A stretch of DNA of 27,123 nucleotides from an uncultured virus (IMG/VR IMGVR_UViG_3300016471_000493) (IMGVR_UViG_3300016471_000493), one strand, 5' to 3'; shown: positions 16,067 through 24,607, counted from the stretch's first letter. Numbers and translations: made by a program. The notes: generated by a model not told the origin, from the letters alone.

Positions 16067-16750
16067 TTAACTTATATCTTTCATAGCGTTTTCGAGGGCA
16101 AGTTTGTAAATAGTTTCACATCCATTTTCAACGAGCTTATATGGTGGCCACAAACAGTCAAAGATTATAGTACGTGGATCTTTTTTCCATTTATTTAATG
16201 TTTCGGTTGTAACACCGAGTCCTCTGCCGTGACGTTTAGTTCCAAGACTTAGATCTTGAACTTCAGGAGGAAAAATATAAATAGAAGGCATTAATGCGGG
16301 CTTATCACTTTTATTTACAAAAACTTCAAAGTACCATGTGAAATATTTTGGGTTATAATTTGCTAGATATTTGTCTTGTACTAGTTGATTAGTATCCCAT
16401 ATCAACGTAAGGTTAGAACTTCCCCCATCCTTAGCAAAAGGTACTCTTGTCCCTTCTATCAGTTTAATTTCTGCACATTTGATCGAAATACTAGTATTAT
16501 AAATAAAAATGTCTTTAGCGTTTTCCCCAAAAATTGTTTGAACATTATCATAACCTAGTTCTTCTTTAAAAAACTGACCTATAACTCCTTCTTTATGGTT
16601 GTTTGCGTCAGGAGTTAATTTTTTGTTTTTAGTACACATGTTTCGAATAGTGTACATCAAGGACGGAAATTTTTTAATGAACAATTTGAAATAATTAGCG
16701 TTGATTATTTCTTCCATTACTGGATAACTAGGGATTTTTAAAGGATTCAT
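16067..16750 (-). CDS. ThaI-like type II restriction-endonuclease-fold protein
   Basis: HKEGVI...AKDIFI...ISIK...LTLIW...YIFPPEVQ...GRGLGVT follows the pattern I recall for the ThaI family. Confidence 0.55.
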   Translation of the reverse strand: MNPLKIPSYPVMEEIINANYFKLFIKKFPSLMYTIRNMCTKNKKLTPDANNHKEGVIGQFFKEELGYDNVQTIFGENAKDIFIYNTSISIKCAEIKLIEGTRVPFAKDGGSSNLTLIWDTNQLVQDKYLANYNPKYFTWYFEVFVNKSDKPALMPSIYIFPPEVQDLSLGTKRHGRGLGVTTETLNKWKKDPRTIIFDCLWPPYKLVENGCETIYKLALENAMKDIS

Positions 16751-16863
16751 AATAGTTTTTTTTGTGTGTGTAAATATACAAAAGAAATTTCATAAATAAA
16801 AATTAGTAAATTTATTTTTTTCTTTTTTCAACTATAATTGTATTGAACAAGTTTTAAAAAAAT

Positions 16864-17082
16864 ATGGATTCAAGAAATTTCAACTCAAATCACTTACATT
16901 TCATTTCCCAAGAATTGGAAAGTCGTAAATCTGAATTAATTTATCAAGGAGATATATCTGATTGTGGTAATGAGATCGGAATTGTTGTAGGTAACTTATA
17001 TCCCAATTTAACAGAGGATGAGATATCTGATTTTATACATGGTATCAGACATGGTATTTCCTTGACAAATGGGCCACATTAA
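16864..17082 (+). CDS. Small acidic hypothetical protein
   Basis: 72-aa ORF with ATG after an A-rich leader, filling an intergenic gap. Confidence 0.7.
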   Translation: MDSRNFNSNHLHFISQELESRKSELIYQGDISDCGNEIGIVVGNLYPNLTEDEISDFIHGIRHGISLTNGPH

Positions 17083-17107
17083 TCCAATACTATATTTTTT
17101 TTACAAT

Positions 17108-17704
17108 TCAATTTGAATTCAACTTGAACAATTGAACATTTCCAACTTTAACGTAGTAATAAAAAAGATCTTTGATTTGTGAATGATCTGTAATTCCTTT
17201 TTCTTGGACTATTTTTCTGAATGTTTCTATAAATTTGATAAAATAAGCGAGAGGTACGTTTTTGTACCTTGGTATAATAGATTGTACCTCATTTTGAGAT
17301 AACAACCCAACTTTCTGAAATTCTCGTAATTTTCTAATTGCAAACTCGTCGGCAATATCCTCAATATATTTCATAAAATTTGCTGATTCTACTACCGATT
17401 GTTCATTGAAATACATCAACCATTTTTTTGTTTGACCATATTTTTTAAATTGATATGCATGTGCAAGTTCATGAAAAACGACGTATAAAAAGTTAACAAA
17501 GGGATATTTCAACACAGAAGAATCTACAATTACTCTATCGTCCAAAGCAATTCCCAATGCGTGTTTAATCGGCATAAACTCAATTTCATCGACTCCTGAA
17601 TTATTAAGATACCTTTGGATGTCTTCTCTGTATTGTTGAGCCTGAGGGTTTTTTTCTATAATTATGTTGAGTAAATTTTCCATGTACGATTCAATTAAAA
17701 TCAA
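17108..17704 (-). CDS. Zincin metalloprotease (ImmA/IrrE-like HExxH...ExxAxxFA)
   Basis: FHELAHAYQ...EDIADEFA. The start is either TTG 17704 (overlapping the upstream stop) or ATG 17683. Confidence 0.75.
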   Translation of the reverse strand: MILIESYMENLLNIIIEKNPQAQQYREDIQRYLNNSGVDEIEFMPIKHALGIALDDRVIVDSSVLKYPFVNFLYVVFHELAHAYQFKKYGQTKKWLMYFNEQSVVESANFMKYIEDIADEFAIRKLREFQKVGLLSQNEVQSIIPRYKNVPLAYFIKFIETFRKIVQEKGITDHSQIKDLFYYYVKVGNVQLFKLNSN

Positions 17705-18783
17705 GCAAACACATCAAAAAAAACATATTCACCATTTTTTATACCAACATTTCCATCGTGTAAGTCAAATTTTTTGTATCCTACACCAAATTTTTCAATA
17801 GAATTTAATAATTTATACAAAGTTTGTTTAAAAGTTTCAAATTCAGGAATATTGACACTAGTTTTTGTTTTTTCTCTTATTTTTTTCAACCAAAAATCTT
17901 TCAATCGTCTATCATTTAAATAAATAGATTTTATTACTGAAATATTTTTTTTAGACCAATCTGACTCCCAGAGATATTGAAAACAAAACCACACATTATT
18001 TTTTTCTTCCTTAGAAAGTTTTTGAACTTTATCCAAACAGATTACGTAAACTTTATCTCTTTTTGACGAGTTTGATTTTTGAAATCTTTTTATAGAGTTT
18101 TGAAAGTCTCTTTCGTATTTTTGTCTATCTTTTTTATTCAAATTAAAATCTTTTCTCTGATCCTCTGGTGTATTCCAATAATCTGGACTGCGCATTTTTA
18201 AAAATAGTTCTTTTTTTTGCTCACGATTTAAAGGTTCATTACTTGGAACACCTATTACAGAACTAAATGACAAATTGTTCGGTAAATCTATTTCTTTAAC
18301 CCAATAATAATTAACAATTCCTGGATGAATTCCATTTTGTTTTTGGATTATTTCTTTTATTTTATCAGCTTCACGTTTATTTGTAGTAAATTTTAATATT
18401 ACCGTTGAATTTTCAGGTTGTAGTATACCGAAAAAATTATCTTGTGTGAAATTTGATGGTAAATTCAAATGTCCTTTTGGTGACATTGCAAAACCAAAAG
18501 CTCCCGCTCCAATAAAATTCAAATTTGAATTTGGAAAAATTTTTTGAATAAACTCTTTAATTGATAGTACATCATTTCCAAATGTACCTGCAAACTGATT
18601 ATTATACTCTTTATTTGGTTTAAAATAAGGTTCTTTTTCTTTTTCTATTTTAATTGGTGGTCCACCAATAATTGTTTTATATTGTGTTTCGCCTGATGTT
18701 TTCGAATCTGTTGGGATATTGACATATTCCATCAAAAAATTTATTATTTGTTTGATTCTTGTAGTTTCTTCTAATAAATTCAT
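17701..18783 (-). CDS. Leader-bearing Ser/Thr-type protein kinase
   Basis: Leader MNLLEETTRIKQIINFLME. IGAGAFG, VILK, HPGIV, DLHDGNV, FFD. TATTTATA lies at 18795-18788. Confidence 0.82.
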   Translation of the reverse strand: MNLLEETTRIKQIINFLMEYVNIPTDSKTSGETQYKTIIGGPPIKIEKEKEPYFKPNKEYNNQFAGTFGNDVLSIKEFIQKIFPNSNLNFIGAGAFGFAMSPKGHLNLPSNFTQDNFFGILQPENSTVILKFTTNKREADKIKEIIQKQNGIHPGIVNYYWVKEIDLPNNLSFSSVIGVPSNEPLNREQKKELFLKMRSPDYWNTPEDQRKDFNLNKKDRQKYERDFQNSIKRFQKSNSSKRDKVYVICLDKVQKLSKEEKNNVWFCFQYLWESDWSKKNISVIKSIYLNDRRLKDFWLKKIREKTKTSVNIPEFETFKQTLYKLLNSIEKFGVGYKKFDLHDGNVGIKNGEYVFFDVFA

Positions 18784-18851
18784 AAAATATAAATATCATT
18801 TATAAACAATTATTAATATGTATTTCCAAAAAGTTATTTAATATCAAACTT

Positions 18852-18882
18852 GTTGAAATTTTCTAATTCATTGCTATCTTTG
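18852..18882 (+). promoter_or_regulatory. Bacteroidota-type promoter
   Basis: GTTG (18852-18855), 19 nt spacer, TATCTTTG (18875-18882). Confidence 0.7.
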
Positions 18883-18904
18883 ACCCATAAAAAAAATTTA
18901 AATT

Positions 18905-19075
18905 ATGAATGGTAGATTGTATCGAGGTGATGGATATATTGGAGGAGTTTGTGCTGGTCTTGGGACCTGGTCAGGTTTACCTCCGATTTTGTGGAGGATT
19001 GCATTTCTTTTCATTTTTCCCTATGCCTTTTGGATTTACATCATTCTGTGGATTTTTCTCGAAAGAAATTATTGA
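18905..19075 (+). CDS. pspC: PspC-domain membrane protein (56 aa, missed by the ORF track)
   Basis: MNGRLYRGDGYIGGVCAGLGTWSGLPPILWRIAFLFIFPYAFWIYIILWIFLERNY*. RLYR...IGGVCAGL...YIILWI is the PspC signature. Confidence 0.88.
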   Translation: MNGRLYRGDGYIGGVCAGLGTWSGLPPILWRIAFLFIFPYAFWIYIILWIFLERNY

Positions 19076-19105
19076 TTATAATTACTATTAATTAAAAATT
19101 ATCAT

Positions 19106-19312
19106 ATGGGTAAGTATGTTCAAAAATCTGATTTAGAAAACAAAGAGTTAGAAAAACTTCCGATTCGTAGGGGATGTTATACTCGTTCATGTATGTGTTC
19201 AGGTGCATGTAAAAATATTGTAGGGTACGTTGATAGAGAGGAATATGACACTTTTATAAAAAATTTCAAAAGTTTTGAAGATTTTTTGAATGAAAAATGT
19301 GATGAAAATTAA
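19106..19312 (+). CDS. Small Cys-rich hypothetical protein
   Basis: GCYTRSCMCSGACK cluster, in an operon with pspC and the SLOG gene. Confidence 0.72.
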   Translation: MGKYVQKSDLENKELEKLPIRRGCYTRSCMCSGACKNIVGYVDREEYDTFIKNFKSFEDFLNEKCDEN

Positions 19313-19326
19313 AAAGAATATTTTTT

Positions 19327-19680
19327 ATGCGGGTCATTATTGCTGGGAGTCGTGGTTTCAATGATTATGATTTATTGAAACAGAAATGTGATTATTTTTT
19401 TCAAAATTACAAGGACATCGAAATAATCAGTGGTACAGCAAATGGTGCGGACAAACTTGGTGAGAGGTACGCTATTGAAAATGGATACCAACTTAAGTTA
19501 TTTCCTGCGGATTGGAACAGATATGGTAAATCAGCTGGTTTTAGAAGAAATGTTAAAATGTCAAATCATGCGGATGCTTTGGTTGTTTTTTGGGATGGTA
19601 AAAGTAGAGGGACTCAACATATGATAAGAGAAGCCAAAAACAAAAAATTATTGTTGAGGGTAGTTGAATACACAAAGTGA
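19327..19680 (+). CDS. SLOG-superfamily (YspA/DUF2493-like) nucleotide-binding protein
   Basis: IIAGSR...IISGTANGAD...FPADW...AGFRRN...FWDGKSRGT. Confidence 0.9.
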   Translation: MRVIIAGSRGFNDYDLLKQKCDYFFQNYKDIEIISGTANGADKLGERYAIENGYQLKLFPADWNRYGKSAGFRRNVKMSNHADALVVFWDGKSRGTQHMIREAKNKKLLLRVVEYTK

Positions 19681-19713
19681 AAAAAAATTAATTTTTTCAA
19701 TTCAAAAACCAAG

Positions 19714-20310
19714 TCATTTATTAGCCATTAGTTCATCATATCCAATATCATAACCAGTTGAAAGTCCAGTATATTTACCCAATGATTTAGCTGTATTAAC
19801 ATATGGTTTTCTTTTCAATTGTGATTTCACATTTTGTTTTGCCGCATTCAATGATATTGCCTTTTTTTTCATCTCGGTTTCGATGAGGTTTCTGTATTGT
19901 GTAATTTTTTTTGCAACTTCTACTTCAGTTGGTGTTAACTTTTGACCTAACCCTATTTTTTTTCCAATTTCACCCAATGTTTTTGCGGTCCATTTAGTTA
20001 ATCCCAATTTTCCTAAAAGACCCAAACCTGGAAGAGATGAAAACATAACCATAAGTCCTGCTGTTTTTTTATCACCTTCATCATAATACTTTTTAGCGTC
20101 AATTAGACCTATACCTGCAGAAATAAATGGTCCTACAACAGGTATGAAGGATGTTAAAATGGCCAATATCAGATTAGTTGTATGAGAATCCAAAGCATCT
20201 ACTGAGTATTGAGCAAAATTTTGAGGAGATGTCATTCCGCCCATACTTTGTTCTCGAATAACTTTTTCTATTATTGATCTTAATTCAGATTCCGATAGTT
20301 TAATAATCAT
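19714..20310 (-). CDS. Leader-bearing protein with Gly-rich hydrophobic hairpin (pre-toxin-TG-like) and basic tail
   Basis: Leader MIIKLSESELRSIIEKVIRE. SFIPVVGPFISAGIGLIDA...GD...AGL...SLPGLG. Confidence 0.68.
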   Translation of the reverse strand: MIIKLSESELRSIIEKVIREQSMGGMTSPQNFAQYSVDALDSHTTNLILAILTSFIPVVGPFISAGIGLIDAKKYYDEGDKKTAGLMVMFSSLPGLGLLGKLGLTKWTAKTLGEIGKKIGLGQKLTPTEVEVAKKITQYRNLIETEMKKKAISLNAAKQNVKSQLKRKPYVNTAKSLGKYTGLSTGYDIGYDELMANK

Positions 20311-20400
20311 AGAAATATAAATTAACGTCCAGCTTGAGATATTATTTCAGTTACAGCGGTTTCAAACTCTGAAATAGATTTTTTAAGTGAACCCGACAAA

Positions 20401-20835
20401 TTATCTCATTATGTGTATTTCATAGTTAGACTTGAAAGTATCTTTACCTTCAGGGTGTACTGATGTGTTATATGTTATTTTAAATTTTCCATTAATAGTA
20501 TTCCCAAATAGACTTAATAAGTCAGATTCTGGTCCAATCACATTGTCACTAAAAACTTCAGTACCATTAACATAAAAATCCAATACAACAGTTTGATTAA
20601 TTAATCTCGATTTCCATTCACCACCAAGAATATTTTTCTCTACTAAATTTACTACTTTAGTAAAGTATTTTCCAACTTCCATGTCATCTTCTTCAAGTAT
20701 CCATATAGTTTTACCATTACCACCTCTACCTTCACTAATTAAGCTTGTTGAACGTTCTGTGAAAATAGCGTTTTTATGCATTTCTAGAATTCTATTTTTC
20801 TCCTCAGAAGAGATATCATTAAATAAATGTTTCAT
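20401..20835 (-). CDS. Leader-bearing hypothetical protein
   Basis: Leader MKHLFNDISSEEKNRILEMH...LISE. TATTTAT lies at 20861-20855. Confidence 0.72.
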   Translation of the reverse strand: MKHLFNDISSEEKNRILEMHKNAIFTERSTSLISEGRGGNGKTIWILEEDDMEVGKYFTKVVNLVEKNILGGEWKSRLINQTVVLDFYVNGTEVFSDNVIGPESDLLSLFGNTINGKFKITYNTSVHPEGKDTFKSNYEIHIMR

Positions 20836-20863
20836 AATAAATTATTTTTAAAAAATAAATATC

Positions 20864-20913
20864 ACAGATTCAAAAAAAAGGGGGGGGGATTGAATCACGA
20901 AGTGAAAAAAAAA
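20864..20913 (+). repeat. Intergenic repeat copy 1 (A-run, G-run, ATTGAATCACGAAGTGA, A-run)
   Basis: Identical core at 23245-23296 and 25402-25448. Confidence 0.9.
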
Positions 20914-20961
20914 GATTTTTATTAATCATAATATTTATGATAATGGATTTACGAAAAATCA

Positions 20962-22098
20962 ATGATAGAAATGACTGTCGAATCTAAAAAAAAAATTAAA
21001 TGTAATGAATGTGGATGGTCATGGAAGCTATCTGAAGGTGGTGATGACCCATATACTTGTCATAAATGCGGATATCTCAACAAACCAAACAATATGAAAA
21101 AAATAATTAAATTAACAGAATCAGAATTATTATCATTGATTGAACGTCTTATTTATGAAAATAATACAAAATTAAGAACAGGGAAAAAACCAAAAAAAGA
21201 AACTCAGGAAATGAAAGAAGGTGAATTAACTGAGAAATGTTGGCCTGGTTATACTCAAAAGGGTATGAAGACAATGTTTGGTAAAAGATATCCCAACTGT
21301 GTAAAAAAAACAGTAAAAGATTTAGATGAAGGTGAAATAAATTGGAAAAAAGAAAAATCATGGAAAATACAAGATCAATTTCCAATTGAAGTGTTTGTTG
21401 AAAAAAGTTGGACTGGTAAATATTATGTTGTAAAAGTTCCAATTATGAGTATGAGTTATGAAACATTTATGGATCTAGATAATTTTGGTAAAGTTGATAT
21501 TTCAACCTATGACTATGAAAATGGTGAAGCAAAATTCACATCATATTCCTTAGATAATATAAAAAAATGGGGTGAGAATAACAAAGACAAAATTCATATT
21601 AATTATTCAAGATTAATGAATGAACAAATATCTAGAATACAATCAATGATGGGGTTGAATGAACAGGGTGAGTTGGATACTTTACCCAAAAAATATAATC
21701 CAGAATCAACTTTAGATTTTTCGAATAGTAAAGTCAAAGATATTGTATGGAGGGCTGGTAATATGGAATTGAATCCCTTAAATGGTGGTATATGGTTTGG
21801 AGAAACCAAAAAAGGTGTCGAAAATTTTGCAATATCTGTCATAGGTAAAGTAATAGAAGGAAAACCATATCATATAAATTTAGAAAATCCATTTTACTTT
21901 GATTCTTTTTGGCATGGTTATCTTGAAGAAGTAAAGAATAGCCCCGATGGAAGAAAAACATTAATGTATCAACTAAAACTTGAAGGTTACGATGGAATAA
22001 TTATAGATACAGATACTTGGAATGATACTGGAGATGAATATGCGGTAACCTCAAAACAATACATCGTATTTTATCCCGAAAATATAAAGCCAGCATAA
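20962..22098 (+). CDS. Multi-module protein: zinc ribbon, internal leader, CWxGY...NCV module, second internal leader, ART-PolyVal-like domain
   Basis: CNECGWSW...CHKCG; MKKIIKLTESEL; CWPGY...PNCVK; MNEQISRIQSMMGLNE; SKVKDIVWRAG...GIWF...NLENP...GYDGII...YIVFYPENIK. Confidence 0.78.
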   Translation: MIEMTVESKKKIKCNECGWSWKLSEGGDDPYTCHKCGYLNKPNNMKKIIKLTESELLSLIERLIYENNTKLRTGKKPKKETQEMKEGELTEKCWPGYTQKGMKTMFGKRYPNCVKKTVKDLDEGEINWKKEKSWKIQDQFPIEVFVEKSWTGKYYVVKVPIMSMSYETFMDLDNFGKVDISTYDYENGEAKFTSYSLDNIKKWGENNKDKIHINYSRLMNEQISRIQSMMGLNEQGELDTLPKKYNPESTLDFSNSKVKDIVWRAGNMELNPLNGGIWFGETKKGVENFAISVIGKVIEGKPYHINLENPFYFDSFWHGYLEEVKNSPDGRKTLMYQLKLEGYDGIIIDTDTWNDTGDEYAVTSKQYIVFYPENIKPA

Positions 22099-22160
22099 TG
22101 AACCTACAAGAACAAATACATAGAATACAATCAATGATGGGGGTTGTTCATGTATTGTGA
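22098..22160 (+). pseudogene. Leader-only 20-aa stub
   Basis: MNLQEQIHRIQSMMGVVHVL*, coupled to the upstream gene by a TAATG overlap. 22110-22142 nearly duplicates 21622-21654. Confidence 0.6.
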
Positions 22161-22173
22161 TTTTGTGAATAAG

Positions 22174-22202
22174 TTGACAAATTGATAATAAAATACTATT
22201 AT
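22174..22202 (+). promoter_or_regulatory. Canonical sigma70-type promoter
   Basis: TTGACA (22174-22179), 17 nt spacer, TATTAT (22197-22202). Confidence 0.65.
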
Positions 22203-22221
22203 TATTCATAAATTAAAACTT

Positions 22222-23238
22222 ATGAATGTATTAAGTCTATTTGATGGAATGAGTTGTGGCCAAATTGCCTTAAACAAATTAGGTATAAAATATGAAAACT
22301 ATTTTGCTTCTGAAATTGATCCACATGCCATTAAGGTAACAAAAGCAAATTATCCCAATACCAAACATGTTGGTGATGTAGTAAAATTAAAAGGAGAGAA
22401 TTTTCCTAAAATTGATTTACTCATAGGTGGAAGTCCTTGTCAGGGATTTAGTTTTGCTGGAAAACAATTAAATTTTGAAGATCCGCGAAGCAAATTGTTT
22501 TTTGAATATGCAAGATTGCTCAATGAATTGAATCCAAAATATTTCTTGCTTGAAAATGTGAAAATGAAAAAAGACAGTCAAGATATAATTTCAAAATATT
22601 TGGGAGTTGAGCCGATTGAGATTAATTCAAGCCTTGTATCTGCGCAAAATAGACGAAGGCTTTATTGGACCAATATTCCAAATATTGAACAACCAGATGA
22701 TCAAGGAATTTTATTGAAGGATATTATTGTTGACGGAGCGGTTGATTGTAGAATGACAACCGAAGATAAGGCATATGCTTTAACCGCGTCATATAACGGA
22801 GCGGTGGCTTGGAACAGCATAGAAAAAAGGCAAAGAACAATGATATTGGATGCGGTCAATGGTAAAAAAATTCATATTGATTTATTTAAAGACACTCCAT
22901 ATACATTTTACGAAACAAGAACAGAAGAAGGAAAAGAAATGAGACGAAAAATTAGAATAGAAACAGGTAGAGATTCAACTCCTAGGAGCAAAGAATTTAA
23001 AATGTATTTACCATTGAATCAACAAAAGGCGAATTGTCTTGTAACCGTAGAAAGTCCTTTGGATTTTATAGTGGATAAAAGTTGGAAGTATAGAAAATTA
23101 TATCCAATTGAAATGGAGAGATTGCAAACCGTACCGGATGGATATACCAAAATGGTAAGTGATACACAAGCAAGACGAATGTTAGGTAATGGTTGGACGG
23201 TTGATGTAATTTGTCATATATTTAAAAACCTGGTATAA
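22222..23238 (+). CDS. C5 cytosine DNA methyltransferase
   Basis: LSLFDGMSCG, GGSPCQGFS, LLENV, AQNRRRLYW, ERLQ, LGNGW. Confidence 0.96.
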   Translation: MNVLSLFDGMSCGQIALNKLGIKYENYFASEIDPHAIKVTKANYPNTKHVGDVVKLKGENFPKIDLLIGGSPCQGFSFAGKQLNFEDPRSKLFFEYARLLNELNPKYFLLENVKMKKDSQDIISKYLGVEPIEINSSLVSAQNRRRLYWTNIPNIEQPDDQGILLKDIIVDGAVDCRMTTEDKAYALTASYNGAVAWNSIEKRQRTMILDAVNGKKIHIDLFKDTPYTFYETRTEEGKEMRRKIRIETGRDSTPRSKEFKMYLPLNQQKANCLVTVESPLDFIVDKSWKYRKLYPIEMERLQTVPDGYTKMVSDTQARRMLGNGWTVDVICHIFKNLV

Positions 23239-23244
23239 CCATAA

Positions 23245-23296
23245 ACAGATTCGAAAAAAAGGGGCGGGGGGATTGAATCACGAAGTGAAAAAAAAA
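23245..23296 (+). repeat. Intergenic repeat copy 2
   Basis: acagattcgaaaaaaaggggcggggggattgaatcacgaagtgaaaaaaaaa. Confidence 0.9.
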
Positions 23297-23417
23297 TTCT
23301 TATTTATTCGTATATTTGTAAAAATATTACATATACACCTTGTTATGTGTAGTAATTTTGTGGATGGGATTTGGACTAAAATTTAATTTCTGAGTATTTA
23401 TCTATAAAGATAAAACT

Positions 23418-23777
23418 ATGAGTAAAGAAATGAGAGAACAAATAGACAGAGTAAAGAAATGGAAACAGTTTGTGAATGAAAATGTTAATGAAAGTGAATT
23501 TGGATTCGGTGATTTTCCTAAACCAAAAGAAGAAATATACCTTCAATTTCTGAATAGAGCAAGAAAAGATGGTCTATTATCTGATTTACATTATGATAAT
23601 AAAAAAATTAGAAACATTGCTATTGAATTGGCCACTGAGTTTGAAAAAATGGAAGCACCTAATAAACAATCAAATAAAGATTTATTTTTAGGTATGTTTT
23701 ATAACAGAATACCAAAATGGGCTTGGGATGAACCAACAAACTCTATTTTAATGAAGTATGGTTTGAGAAAATCTTAA
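23418..23777 (+). CDS. Leader-bearing hypothetical protein
   Basis: Leader MSKEMREQIDRVKKWKQFVNENVNE. TATTTAT lies at 23395-23401. Confidence 0.78.
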   Translation: MSKEMREQIDRVKKWKQFVNENVNESEFGFGDFPKPKEEIYLQFLNRARKDGLLSDLHYDNKKIRNIAIELATEFEKMEAPNKQSNKDLFLGMFYNRIPKWAWDEPTNSILMKYGLRKS

Positions 23778-23849
23778 TCATGGGTGGGTAAAAAATTATA
23801 TGGGGACGAGTACAAAGGCGTGAAAAAGAAAATAACTGAATAAAAAACT

Positions 23850-24410
23850 ATGGAAAAAAATATAAATGAAGAGATTTCAAGAATAAAATCAATAATCAAT
23901 TTTATGAATGAAAATGAATTACCCAAAAATTCTGGAGATTTAATAAGGATGTTACCTGAAAAGTTAAAGGAATTATTTTTCAATCAATGGAAAGCAAAAC
24001 AAAACCCAAAATGGCACCCCGAAGGTAACACATTGAAACATATTCTTGTTGTAATTAAAAGGGCTTATCATTATTATCCTGATGACCCCAATATGATTAT
24101 GGCCGCGTTGTTTCATGATTTGGGAAAAATTGATACATACAACATAAACCCAAAAACGGGAGAACCAACTGCGTATGGTCATGAGAACAAGTCAGTGCAA
24201 TATGTGGAAGAATTCAAAGATTGGATTCAGAGTTTTGAGGGAACGAACGTGGAAGAAATTAAATATTTGGTTAAAAACCATATGAAGGTAAAACCATCCA
24301 CATGGGACTCAATGAGGGATATTAAGAAAGAACCGATACAATCACACCCCGCATTTGATAAATTAATGGGTTTTACAAGTAAATTGGATGGTGGGGGGGT
24401 TAATTTGTAA
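23850..24410 (+). CDS. Leader-bearing HD-domain phosphohydrolase (CCA-enzyme-type HD)
   Basis: Leader MEKNINEEISRIKSIINFMNE. QNPKWHPEG...H...AALFHDLGK...GHE...NHM. Confidence 0.88.
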   Translation: MEKNINEEISRIKSIINFMNENELPKNSGDLIRMLPEKLKELFFNQWKAKQNPKWHPEGNTLKHILVVIKRAYHYYPDDPNMIMAALFHDLGKIDTYNINPKTGEPTAYGHENKSVQYVEEFKDWIQSFEGTNVEEIKYLVKNHMKVKPSTWDSMRDIKKEPIQSHPAFDKLMGFTSKLDGGGVNL

Positions 24411-24421
24411 AAAAGTAAATT

Positions 24422-24607
24422 ATGAAAAGATTACACGTAAAATTTATTAAATGGTTATCCAATAGATTTGGATATAAAATCGTAATGTTAAAAGGTAAAA
24501 ATGGTACAACAACTATTGAAGGTAATAAAGAGGTATTACCGTATGTTGACATATCGGGATACTTCTTTAAAAAAGAACCACTTAGACGTAATGTTGGAAA
24601 AAATTGA
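24422..24607 (+). CDS. Small basic hypothetical protein
   Basis: 61-aa ORF starting 11 nt after the HD gene. Confidence 0.62.
   Translation: MKRLHVKFIKWLSNRFGYKIVMLKGKNGTTTIEGNKEVLPYVDISGYFFKKEPLRRNVGKN

Noticed and set aside
18909..19091. 60-aa ORF from the track
   Set aside because: Wrong frame; the overlapping frame 18905-19075 encodes a clear PspC domain.
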